From Candidatus Hodarchaeota archaeon (GTDB lineage Archaea; Asgardarchaeota; Heimdallarchaeia; Hodarchaeales; Hodarchaeaceae), in assembly GCA_029856365.1 (NCBI GenBank), contig JAHQWW010000024.1, positions 1-45,502 of the forward strand: a stretch of DNA of 45,502 nt. The letters are read 5' to 3'. Every line of letters starts with the position of its first letter. Within the stretch, counting starts at the first letter, position 1. The position numbers and the translations under genes were made by a program. Below the pieces are notes generated by a model that was not told the origin of the DNA, made no database searches, and saw nothing but the letters and a program-made list of their open reading frames with translations. This document shows, one piece after another, positions 9,315 through 18,534 of this stretch.

Positions 9315-9734
9315 GTGTTTGAGTTCTCCATTGAGCTGATTGTTATGTCTGAAAGTGCCCAAAAAGCAATAAGTGTTGTTGAAAAGGTTTTCAATAGTAA
9401 ATATGTGGAAATTCCTCTGTGTATTTCCATTATTACTGGTGAGGGACTCGAATTATACTCCACAGCTACTTGTAATCCCGCTGAGATGGAGTCAATTAAT
9501 ATATTGGGACTCGTTGCGTTCGAGGAATTGAAATCTTCCTTTAATGCCCGAACTGAAGAAGATATTAATATCTTAATCTTTCGTACTGCTAAAAAAGAAT
9601 GCTATATAGCTCCAGTGGCAATAGATATTTTTATGGTTGCTGCAGCGGTACCTGGTGCCGTTGGTGATGTGATGCCCCTGTTGGATGGTTTAAGTGCACA
9701 AGTAAGATTTGAATTGGCTAAGCTGGAGAAGTGA
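9315..9734 (+). CDS. Roadblock/LC7 (MglB-like) domain protein (start probably ATG at 9345)
   Basis: ~130 aa with an alpha-beta-beta-alpha-beta-beta-beta-alpha pattern; ISIITGEGLELYS resembles the roadblock hhhSxDGLhhxS motif; C-terminal G-x-h helix. Confidence 0.6.
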   Translation: MFEFSIELIVMSESAQKAISVVEKVFNSKYVEIPLCISIITGEGLELYSTATCNPAEMESINILGLVAFEELKSSFNARTEEDINILIFRTAKKECYIAPVAIDIFMVAAAVPGAVGDVMPLLDGLSAQVRFELAKLEK

Positions 9735-10566
9735 GGTAAGTATAATGGAAGTTGAACGTCTTCAAATAGTTGCAGAACAAGCTGCTAGAATGGCTGGGTC
9801 ATGTTTACGCTTATTGTCCTTTGAAAAGCTACAGATCTTTCGGAAGGGTAAAAGTGATGTTGTAACAAACTTTGATATGGAATCTGAACGATTAATCAAG
9901 AATCACATATTGATGCACTTCCCTGATCACATAATTCAAGCTGAAGAATCAAAAATTGACCTCCAAAGCCTCCCTGAGAATGTAATTTGGTTTATTGATC
10001 CCTTAGATGGTACAAAAGCATTCTTGAGAGGAAATTTCGCCTTTGTAAGTATGTCTATCGCAGCTTGGGATAAATCAGGGGTTTTAGTAGGTGTAGTATA
10101 TAATCCCTTTACTGATATGCTTTATTCTGCTGTAAAGGGGGGAGTAGTACGCTTAAATAAAAATCCTCTTCCTAAGCCTCGTACATGCCCTATCAGTAAA
10201 GCTCGTCTCCTCATTGATTTCTCAAGTCATTTATCTGATTCTCTCAAGAAAGAATTAGCAATTGCTGATTTAAAGGGTAAGATTGGAAGGTCATATCGCC
10301 TTGGTGGAGGGATCTCACAGCATCTGATGTTGATTGCTCAAGGTACACTTGATGGAGGATTGTTTTGGGGAGCTGGAAGGAAAGGCCAATTTTGGGACAT
10401 AGCAGCGGCAGCAATTATTCTCGAAAAACTCGGTTTTAATTTTACTAATTTGAATGGCGATCCCGTTCATCCAACTGACGAGGTATTTGATCGACTTCTT
10501 GTAGCGGCTCCATCTTTACATCAGGAATTATTAGAGTGGGTAGCTGAATTGAAAAATATTCAATAA
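9709..10566 (+). CDS. Inositol monophosphatase family protein (start probably ATG at 9745, preceded by GAGGT)
   Basis: DVVTNFD, AEES, WFIDPLDGTKAF, GVVYNP, WDIAAA. Confidence 0.93.
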   Translation: MNWLSWRSEVSIMEVERLQIVAEQAARMAGSCLRLLSFEKLQIFRKGKSDVVTNFDMESERLIKNHILMHFPDHIIQAEESKIDLQSLPENVIWFIDPLDGTKAFLRGNFAFVSMSIAAWDKSGVLVGVVYNPFTDMLYSAVKGGVVRLNKNPLPKPRTCPISKARLLIDFSSHLSDSLKKELAIADLKGKIGRSYRLGGGISQHLMLIAQGTLDGGLFWGAGRKGQFWDIAAAAIILEKLGFNFTNLNGDPVHPTDEVFDRLLVAAPSLHQELLEWVAELKNIQ

Positions 10567-10625
10567 AATATAGATGGTCTAATCTGACTTATTCGTCTCC
10601 CTCGAAATTTCTGGAGTCGTTAAAG

Positions 10626-11354
10626 TTAAATTCTTGAGTCTTTATAGGATTCAAGGTATTCAGATCGAAGAGCCATACGTTGGATAACATCACCATTCTC
10701 ACGACGAGTATAAGTATAGGTAAAGTTTGGCGATTCCATCAATTTTTCAAATAATAATCGTCTTAGTGTTTCATCTAACGCAAAATGTTGTCCAAATTCC
10801 CAGAAATTTAATTGAAGTGCACCAGCAGAATTTATGAATTCACCATAAATCCATTGTTGAAGATAGTGCTCTAAATCTCGTTTTCGACTCAAATGGCCTT
10901 TGATTAACTCTGTTTGTCGATCTGTTATATCAGGAAACTTTCCTTGGAGTCTTTCTTTAATTTCTTCTGGATCTAGAGATTTACCAAAATCCTCAGTTAT
11001 TACTCCAGCTTTACTCTTTTCATCCTCAAAAAGGGCTATTATATAATCTTCTGGTAAAGCAATGCTATCCATATCAATACTTATTACAAAATTTTTATGT
11101 TTGACTTTCCAATGTTTTACTTCTCGTTGCCCTCCAATTTTTTGCATATCATAATAAGTCAGATCTAGTTCTTCAAGATTTTTAAGATGATGAAGAATAG
11201 TTGGAATTTTTTTTCGTAGCATGTCTGCTAGATTTAATGCAGTAAGCCCTGTAGGATTTCTATACATCAGGAGCAGCATCCTCCGCCGCGTAGGGTCTGC
11301 TAATGCTTCAATAACCTGAATAACTTGTCCAGGTTGGTCATAGTAAGCTTCCAC
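10626..11354 (-). CDS. ArsR-type wHTH protein with an uncharacterised C-terminal domain
   Basis: ALADPTRRRMLLLM..LTALNLADML..PTILHHLKNLEELDL; GTG start with AGGAG upstream. Confidence 0.8.
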   Translation of the reverse strand: MEAYYDQPGQVIQVIEALADPTRRRMLLLMYRNPTGLTALNLADMLRKKIPTILHHLKNLEELDLTYYDMQKIGGQREVKHWKVKHKNFVISIDMDSIALPEDYIIALFEDEKSKAGVITEDFGKSLDPEEIKERLQGKFPDITDRQTELIKGHLSRKRDLEHYLQQWIYGEFINSAGALQLNFWEFGQHFALDETLRRLLFEKLMESPNFTYTYTRRENGDVIQRMALRSEYLESYKDSRI

Positions 11355-11557
11355 TGAATTCGGCTCCTATATAATCATTCTCGCATTCCTTTAAAAATGC
11401 CGACCTAATGGCATCTGATGCTTTCAAAGGTCAGTGGGAATTGTGCTTAGATAGACCATTAGACGATATTTTCCCAAAAAACATAGAAATAATCATGATT
11501 GCGTTTATCAATCTCTCTAATATAATATGAAAGGAAACAAACATAGAATATCGAGAG

Positions 11558-11878
11558 TCACTCAATTGGCTTTTTTTGATTTGTATTAGAGGATATGATA
11601 CCAATTGTTTTTTTTGATTCTTGATTCAGAATAATCAGGCTTAATAATAGAATTAATCCACCTGATAAAAGCAATAATCCTAATATAAAACCATGGGGGT
11701 ATAATAAAGTTGCTTGGGGCGCTGAAACTGCTAGAATGCTGATTAAGATAACGAATCCAAAAGTGGAAGCTGATATCGCGAGAAAGATGAGAATTCCGTA
11801 AATTTGTTTTGAAATAATCACTTCAGGCTCCAGTAAATCTTCTGTTTTATCGAATGATTCAGTTTGACTGTTTTGCAT
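11558..11878 (-). CDS. Small 2-TM membrane protein, hypothetical
   Basis: Two hydrophobic segments; ATG start. Confidence 0.65.
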   Translation of the reverse strand: MQNSQTESFDKTEDLLEPEVIISKQIYGILIFLAISASTFGFVILISILAVSAPQATLLYPHGFILGLLLLSGGLILLLSLIILNQESKKTIGIISSNTNQKKPIE

Positions 11879-12035
11879 GAAAAATTCACTCTGATGATGT
11901 CTTTTTAATAATCGTTCAAAACAGTTTAGGAATTTTTAATCTCACAAACTAATTTTTCTATGATAGCTGACGAAAATTAAGGTTCTTATGAAGATTACAA
12001 ACAAACTCAATTGAGGTAAAATCTAATTTGGGACT

Positions 12036-12476
12036 ATGTTCCTGTCTGATTCAACAACATGTTTGACTGGTATCGCCCTTAAAAGATCTCACTTTTCCAA
12101 CAATTCTAAATTTTTGGAAGTAATCAGATTTACAGATCAATACCACAATTTTCTCTTTCTCGATTATGAATGAATAAACCATCTTCTTAATCCAACCCAA
12201 TTAGAAACAATTATTAAACAGATTCGTCATCACCTGGTTTTTACTATTGTAGTTCGAGGCTGTGAATTTCATTTCCAGAGAAAGTTTCTGTTTGAAAATT
12301 ATTTACGATTAACAAGGAAGTATCTCCATCTAGTTTTCTGTATTGTTGCTGGGTATCCTGCTTATTCGTCCATTGATACCCAATTACCCAATTTGCGCCC
12401 CAGTGTTTTTAAAGAAGAGAATGATAACATTACTTCCGATTGTAAAACGATTTATGACTTATTTTCAAATGATTGA
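12036..12476 (+). pseudogene. Interrupted reading frame of unknown function (in-frame TGA at 12171-12173)
   Basis: ATG at 12036, 45 codons (MFLSDSTTCLTGIALK..FLFLDYE), TGA, then ~100 more open codons (INHLLNPTQLETIIKQ..LVFCIVAGYPAYSSID). The last part overlaps the esterase remnant in another frame. Confidence 0.4.
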
Positions 12477-12805
12477 AAAAGTAGACGCTCAAGATCCTGC
12501 TGCAAAAGCTGATTTAATTTTTCAAGAGAACATGAAGAAATATGATAAAACTGTGGTATCAACAGTAGTTGCTATCTCTTATGAAAGAGGCCAAGGAGAA
12601 CTTGGTTCAAATTAAACAACCTATAATGATAGTTCAAGCTAAAAAGGATAAAACTGTACATCCTAGTAACGCTACGTATATTCTAGAACATGTGAGTACA
12701 GAGTTATCAAAAAAACAAATATTATGGCTCGAGAATTATGGCCATGTAGCCACGATGGATTATAATAGAGATTTACTCTTTTCAGAGGTCTCCCTTTTTT
12801 TTTAG
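12388..12805 (+). pseudogene. 5'-truncated, frameshifted carboxylesterase (alpha/beta hydrolase) remnant
   Basis: PICAPVF.. in one frame, shift near 12570 to LMKEAKENLVQIKQPIMIVQAKKDKTV..WLENYGHVATMD (catalytic Asp and His motifs). No GxSxG-containing N-terminal half upstream. Confidence 0.75.
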
Positions 12806-12840
12806 GAGAATATGTAAACAATAATAATGAAACTCTATTT

Positions 12841-13704
12841 TTGATAGTTAGGAGTTTTCCCAAGATGGTTGATAAAAAAACAATCGTTGCTGTTTATTCG
12901 CATCCAGACGATGGGGAATTCATGGCCGGAGGTTCGTTGGCGAAATGGGCTGAGGAAGGCCATCAAGTATATGCAATTTGTGCAACAAATGGTAATTTGG
13001 GAGCAAAAGTAACAGATATTACACCTGAAGAATTAGCTAAAACTCGAAAAAAGGAACTAACAAATGCAATGAAAACTCTGGGAGGTAATCCACCAATTTT
13101 CCTTGACTTACCTGATGGTTTCGTGCGGGATCATATCAGAGAGTTAAAAGAACGTCTTGTCTACTGGTTTAGAAAACTCAAACCTCATCGTGTAATAACT
13201 TGGGATCCTTGGAAAAAGTATCAAATACATCCTGATCATATTGAGGTGGGCCGGATCGCATCCGAAGCAGCTGCTTTCTCTTGTTTTCCTTTGATGTATC
13301 CTGAACATCTGGAAGGGGGATTAAAACCCTACCAACCAGAAGAAGTTTGGTACATGATCCCCATGGAGCATAAACCTAATCGGCTTGTAGATATCACTAA
13401 ATATATGGATAAAAAGATGAAAGCGCTTTTCTGCCATCAATCGCAATTAGAAATGATGGCAGACCTGTTTGTACCTGGAGCTGACCCTGCTAATCTGACT
13501 GAAGAGCAGAAGACTCGGCTTCATGAAGGAGCTGACACAATGGTGAGGATGGTTGCACAAGCATTTGGTTCTTTGTCTGGAGGGAAAATAGAACTGGCTG
13601 AAGCTTATTATACAATTAAATTAGGCCCTGGTATGTTTGATAACTACCAGGAAATGATTCAAGAAATTATAGGCATGGAATCTGATTTTCTAGAGATTCT
13701 ATGA
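12841..13704 (+). CDS. PIG-L/LmbE family deacetylase (start probably ATG at 12865)
   Basis: VYSHPDDGE, ATNGNLG, R..E, LPDG, HPDH, KMKALFCHQSQ. Confidence 0.93.
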   Translation: MIVRSFPKMVDKKTIVAVYSHPDDGEFMAGGSLAKWAEEGHQVYAICATNGNLGAKVTDITPEELAKTRKKELTNAMKTLGGNPPIFLDLPDGFVRDHIRELKERLVYWFRKLKPHRVITWDPWKKYQIHPDHIEVGRIASEAAAFSCFPLMYPEHLEGGLKPYQPEEVWYMIPMEHKPNRLVDITKYMDKKMKALFCHQSQLEMMADLFVPGADPANLTEEQKTRLHEGADTMVRMVAQAFGSLSGGKIELAEAYYTIKLGPGMFDNYQEMIQEIIGMESDFLEIL

Positions 13705-13821
13705 ATTCATTTGAGACCATTTCCATCTTTTTCTACTTTTCATCTGAAATAGTAATATCTTGATAATATTTCAATTTTAGAACTTAACTGAACTAGCTAT
13801 AAGAAAAGCTAGGGATAAAAG

Positions 13822-14070
13822 GTGTCTCACCCAAATCAAACAATGCTTATACAGAATTATCGTGTCAGGAATTTTACAGAAGAAAATGTTGAAGAAGAGG
13901 AGTTAACCTGCTTAATTCAGTTTCTTTCTTCTCTAGATATATGCAAAACGTGTGTTAGAGAGATCCCCAAAATCCAATCAGCTTTTGGATCCGATCTCGA
14001 TTATCAGATAGATTTCGAATCTCATACCTTGGATATTCATTATAATAAGAACATTGTTTCTGGTTGGTAA
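13822..14070 (+). CDS. Small hypothetical protein
   Basis: 82-aa ORF filling an intergenic gap; contains CxxC. Confidence 0.45.
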   Translation: MSHPNQTMLIQNYRVRNFTEENVEEEELTCLIQFLSSLDICKTCVREIPKIQSAFGSDLDYQIDFESHTLDIHYNKNIVSGW

Positions 14071-14159
14071 TAAGAAAGGTAAATTTCTAAGTAACATTAA
14101 CTTCTCTATCTAAATCTCTTCTCTTTGATGTGGTTTCACGTCAAGGTTAGAACTACTAA

Positions 14160-14966
14160 TTATCCACCTGCTGATTCAAATTTGGTTATTGCTCGACTCC
14201 AAAAGAGCTTCGTTAGAAAACTTAATACCCCGATCCAAAAAATCCCGTAAACAATTGCTAGAAAAAGCTCGAAAGGGGTTATTCGTCCCAACATCCAAGC
14301 AGAAGGGACGTAATTTATTAGATAAAAGGGTAAAATATAAGCTAGTTCGCGTATAACAGGTGGAAGAATATCTACAGGGACTAATTCTCCTCCAACGACT
14401 TGCATGACCGCTAAAAATAAGGCTCGAGTCGGCCAGATATATCTAATATAAAAAGTAGTTAAGCCAACGAGAATAAAACAGAAATAACTAAGTATGTAGC
14501 TTATTATTAAAGAAATCACGAAACCTAAGAGAATAAAACCATTTAATTCAATTGGAATTTGAATAACATCAATTAAAAGGATAACAACAGGTAAAGAAAG
14601 GCTAAAACTTATCAGTGAAAATGGTATTGTTTCTGCGAGACTAAATGCTAGGTAATCAACTGGCCGACAAAGATAAATTGTTAACGTACCATTAAGATTG
14701 TCATTCTGCAAACGCCATGCCACTCTGTATAAAAATAATGATTCAGAAATTAATGTAGAAAATAACGCATACCCTAAAATTGCAGATAAAGAATACCCAA
14801 ACTCTGATTCTGCTTGAGGATTTTGGTAAATGATTGTCCATATGAAGAAAAGCAGGATAAAATGAACAGGAGTCCAAATTAAGACTCCTATAAACTCACC
14901 CATATAGGCTTTCATGTCAACGAAAGTCGTTCTGATAATTCCCGTATATTTCCTGAGATGAAACAT
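14160..14966 (-). CDS. ABC-2 family transporter permease (DUF990-like)
   Basis: 6 TM; GTLTIYLCRPVD, GGELVPVDILP, LPF..YVP; operonic with the ATPase. Confidence 0.88.
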   Translation of the reverse strand: MFHLRKYTGIIRTTFVDMKAYMGEFIGVLIWTPVHFILLFFIWTIIYQNPQAESEFGYSLSAILGYALFSTLISESLFLYRVAWRLQNDNLNGTLTIYLCRPVDYLAFSLAETIPFSLISFSLSLPVVILLIDVIQIPIELNGFILLGFVISLIISYILSYFCFILVGLTTFYIRYIWPTRALFLAVMQVVGGELVPVDILPPVIRELAYILPFYLINYVPSAWMLGRITPFELFLAIVYGIFWIGVLSFLTKLFWSRAITKFESAGG

Positions 14967-14981
14967 TTGCTCTTTACTCCA

Positions 14982-15788
14982 TCAGTTACTTGCACTCTCG
15001 TATCGCTTTATTCCAAGCCTCCATACGGCTAAAAACATCATTAACCAGAATAAACAGAGTGGGATTATGAGTAGTAATATGAAAGCTGCCTCAGTTATCT
15101 CAATGCGGTTTAATAATATTTCTGCAGGGAAAGCACTGATGAAAGCGACAGGATATCCAAAAATTAGGATCCCTTTCAACCCTCCTGGTAGTGTCGTGAC
15201 AGGAATTCGTACAAAGTTATCTTCTAGGGAATCAAACGCTTGTTGGATAAATTCTGCTCGACCAATAGTAAATCCAAGAAATGATGAGACTGTAGCATAA
15301 ATGATGTATAAAGTAGTCATTCCAAGGATCAATACTAGAAATGCTATGAGAAGATTATGTAATTCATATTGTAGGTGATAATAAGAACTTACTATGACAA
15401 GTAATATTGTTGAAACAACAAAAAAAGCTCCTCCTCCAACCCATACCTCTTCAAATAATACTCCAAGTAAGGGGTGACGGAGCGGCCTACAGAGCCACCT
15501 CTCAATTTCTCCCTCTATGATCTTGAATGGAAGCATCCAGACTCCAGTAAAAAAAAATGAAGCTATCCCCCAACAAAGGTACCCTAATGCTGAAAAAATA
15601 AGAATTTCATGTAATGCCCAACTACTAAACTCTTGATCAGTAAGAACTACCTGCCAAAAAATGTAAAATGATAAGACAGTCACTGTAGCTTCAATGAATC
15701 CTCCTAAAATAATGGAAGGATACTGATAAATCAGTTTATAAGACATGATAATAAATCGAGTTTGAATTCGAAAAATCTTCAGCATCAT
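14982..15788 (-). CDS. ABC-2 family transporter permease (DUF990-like)
   Basis: 6 TM; GEIERWLCRPL, PVAFISAFPA, GIKRYESASN; start overlaps the ATPase stop. Confidence 0.88.
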   Translation of the reverse strand: MMLKIFRIQTRFIIMSYKLIYQYPSIILGGFIEATVTVLSFYIFWQVVLTDQEFSSWALHEILIFSALGYLCWGIASFFFTGVWMLPFKIIEGEIERWLCRPLRHPLLGVLFEEVWVGGGAFFVVSTILLVIVSSYYHLQYELHNLLIAFLVLILGMTTLYIIYATVSSFLGFTIGRAEFIQQAFDSLEDNFVRIPVTTLPGGLKGILIFGYPVAFISAFPAEILLNRIEITEAAFILLLIIPLCLFWLMMFLAVWRLGIKRYESASN

Positions 15789-16843
15789 TAGTCACCTTTC
15801 TTTGCTCCGTTTGTATAGAGTTCCTCGATAATATCCTCGAGGTCTGCATCTGAAATTTGAATGTCGAGAACTCGATCCACCATTTGCAAGAGATTATGAA
15901 TGAGAAAATCAAGATCAACTGCATCAGCGTTATATTCAATTCTAATTGAGTTATCATTCCCATTGAGAGTTTCTAGTGATTTCCCATCCTGATTGGTGAT
16001 TTTAACATTTTCTTGTACTGATAATTTTTGGAGAAAATGGATTAGGGTTGTTATTGGTTTTTTTTCAGTTCTGAAAGTGAAATCTAATCTTTTTTCTTTT
16101 TGTAATAGACTCGCCAATTCCTTAGTGGGACCATCATAATGTATTTTTCCTTTCAAAAGTAGTATTGCTCTATCACAGATTTGTTCAATATCTTTCACAT
16201 TGTGAGAACATAGGATAACCGTTGTACCATCCTCTTGATTGCGTTCGTTGATAAATTTGCGAATACGACGAGCAGCAACGATATCTAAGCCAATTGTAGG
16301 TTCATCGAGAAAAACAACTGGAGGATTGTGAATGAGCGCAGCAACAAGTTCACATCGCATACGTTCTCCTAGTGATAATCGACGGGGTTGTCGGTGAAGA
16401 AATGGTTTAATTTCTAGTACAGAAATAAAATCAGCTAATCTACGTTCAAATGTTTGACTATCAAGTTCATATACATCTCGATATAGTCTTAGTGATTCAA
16501 TGACGGGGATATGTCTCCATAATAAGGATCTATGACCAAATACGACCCCAAACTGATAAGCCGCATTGTATCGTTGTTTCTGTGGATCATAACCATTAAC
16601 AATTGCATTTCCTTTATCGAATTGAATGATTCCTGTCAAAATCTTAATTATAGTGCTTTTTCCAGCCCCATTGGGTCCAATAATAGTTATTTTCTCTCCC
16701 AGTTTTACAGAGAATGACACATTGTCGAGAGCTTTGATTGTTTGATAATCACGTTTGATGAATGACCGAAAACGGGAGATGAAATTCGCTTCTCCAGTTA
16801 ACCGGCGATATGTTTTTTCTAGTTGATAAGCGTCGACTGACAA
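15788..16843 (-). CDS. ABC transporter ATP-binding protein
   Basis: Walker A GPNGAGKST, signature LSLGERMR, Walker B VFLDEPTIGLD, H-loop CSH. Confidence 0.96.
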   Translation of the reverse strand: MSVDAYQLEKTYRRLTGEANFISRFRSFIKRDYQTIKALDNVSFSVKLGEKITIIGPNGAGKSTIIKILTGIIQFDKGNAIVNGYDPQKQRYNAAYQFGVVFGHRSLLWRHIPVIESLRLYRDVYELDSQTFERRLADFISVLEIKPFLHRQPRRLSLGERMRCELVAALIHNPPVVFLDEPTIGLDIVAARRIRKFINERNQEDGTTVILCSHNVKDIEQICDRAILLLKGKIHYDGPTKELASLLQKEKRLDFTFRTEKKPITTLIHFLQKLSVQENVKITNQDGKSLETLNGNDNSIRIEYNADAVDLDFLIHNLLQMVDRVLDIQISDADLEDIIEELYTNGAKKGD

Positions 16844-16955
16844 TGATAAACCCTACTATAAGTAACAAGTTTAGTCATTTCTTAGGAAAAATTATCGTCT
16901 TATTAATAATCATTGAATTAGGCAATGGATTTAAAAACGGGTTTGGAAGTAGAAA

Positions 16956-17666
16956 TTGGGATCGATGCCTAGAGAAAAAATAGTACGATATGTTGGACAA
17001 GAATTTCATCGCTATACTGAAGATGAATGGACCCTTCTCAAAGAATTTCGTAAAAAGACCATAAATATTTTCGAAATTCTGGAAAGTACAGGAATTAAAG
17101 CATTCGTACACGGATCAATAGCGAGAGGAGATATTAATGATGCATCAGATATCGATATTCATATTCCTGTTCAAATCCCCTCTTTTAAATTAGATCTTAT
17201 TGATCACTTGCACGTTACAGATCGTCGAATAATGATGGGTACTCCCAATTCCACCATACGCGCTGTTTTATCAATGCAAGATGATGTAGCTATCAGCTTT
17301 CCATTAAGTAATCCTGTTGAAAGAGAAGATGAGTTTTATCGTTTTTCTGGGCTCCTCTATCACGAAGATCTCCTTGTTGAGCGAAGAATAGCAGGAGTAA
17401 CTAAACAACTGTTACTCATTGAGCCCGAGGAGGAAGGCTATTGGTATTCATCAATTAATACAAATAAAAAAAGAGCAATCCAAATCTTATCTCTCTCCCA
17501 ACGTATGATTGATGAGAGAATACGGGTCCTCTCCCGAAGGGACAAAATTGGAAGAACTGGTTTGTTTTTAGACTATTCTCTAACTCCTGATGAGAACTTC
17601 GAATATGCCCTCAAAAGTTTAGCTGACAGAAATGTTATCGTCCGAAGAATGCTGAAACGAAGATAG
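16956..17666 (+). CDS. Pol-beta-like nucleotidyltransferase (archaeal COG2413-like)
   Basis: HGSIARGD...SDIDI motif; EFYRFSG; ERIRVLSRRDKIGRTGLF. Confidence 0.88.
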   Translation: MGSMPREKIVRYVGQEFHRYTEDEWTLLKEFRKKTINIFEILESTGIKAFVHGSIARGDINDASDIDIHIPVQIPSFKLDLIDHLHVTDRRIMMGTPNSTIRAVLSMQDDVAISFPLSNPVEREDEFYRFSGLLYHEDLLVERRIAGVTKQLLLIEPEEEGYWYSSINTNKKRAIQILSLSQRMIDERIRVLSRRDKIGRTGLFLDYSLTPDENFEYALKSLADRNVIVRRMLKRR

Positions 17667-17682
17667 TGGCAAGGGGTATAAC

Positions 17683-18519
17683 ATGTTTAATGAAGAAGAA
17701 ATCGATAGGCGCTATCTATTACGTAGGTATAATAACTTAAAGGTACTGTTAGTTGCTGATCTTCATTTAGGATTTGAAGCTGAATGGTCACGTAAAGGAT
17801 TAGATACAAGAGAGCCGAATTGGTCAATTGAGGTCATTAATCGTCTGAAAAAGGACATTGAAGAGACACAACCAGATCATCTGATTATATTAGGGGATAT
17901 AGAACATAGCTTTGCACACTTCAAGGGATCAAAAGCCAACCAGAATGGAATTTGGGTTTCAAACAAATGGTTAAGAGAAAAGGCTTTTTCATATTTTATA
18001 GAACAAATTGTTAAGATTAATGGCATAAAAACAAGTCTAATCCGAGGAAATCAAGATACTTCAGTTGTAAAATCTCTATCTCAACAAGTTGAAATCTACC
18101 CTCAAAAAGAAGCTTCTTTATTTAATCAACTAGGTATCTTCCATGGTCATAGGAAACCTAGTGAAACCGTGTTATTTTCTTCAGAAATAATGCTAGGTCA
18201 TGTCCATCCTGCAATTGAACTTATTGATGAATTAAAAATTCACCATAAGTTTCCAGTCTTTGCAAGACTTACTGTTCCTCGTGAGGAAGTATTCCAAATC
18301 TTTGATCATCAATTTGAGTCAGAGGAGATTGGCCTGATCGAACAGGTTTCAATCACTATTCTCCCTGCTTACAATTTCTATTTAAATGGTTTCACCCTGA
18401 ATCAACCTCATGAGAAAAAAACATTTCCAGTGTTATGGAACTTAATTCAACACCCCAAATTGAGAATTCAATTGACTAATGGAATTGATCTAGGTACATT
18501 AGAAGATTTAACTTCCTGA
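17683..18519 (+). CDS. Calcineurin-like metallophosphoesterase (COG1407 / Lhr-associated type)
   Basis: VADLHLGFE, ILGDIEH, RGNQD, FHGH, GHVHP, LPAYN. Confidence 0.88.
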   Translation: MFNEEEIDRRYLLRRYNNLKVLLVADLHLGFEAEWSRKGLDTREPNWSIEVINRLKKDIEETQPDHLIILGDIEHSFAHFKGSKANQNGIWVSNKWLREKAFSYFIEQIVKINGIKTSLIRGNQDTSVVKSLSQQVEIYPQKEASLFNQLGIFHGHRKPSETVLFSSEIMLGHVHPAIELIDELKIHHKFPVFARLTVPREEVFQIFDHQFESEEIGLIEQVSITILPAYNFYLNGFTLNQPHEKKTFPVLWNLIQHPKLRIQLTNGIDLGTLEDLTS

Positions 18520-18534
18520 CCATATTGATTTCTC

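Noticed and set aside
12171-12173. In-frame TGA as selenocysteine or readthrough
   Set aside because: No redox motif context, no recognisable SECIS, and the locus is otherwise decayed; other genes here use TGA as a normal stop
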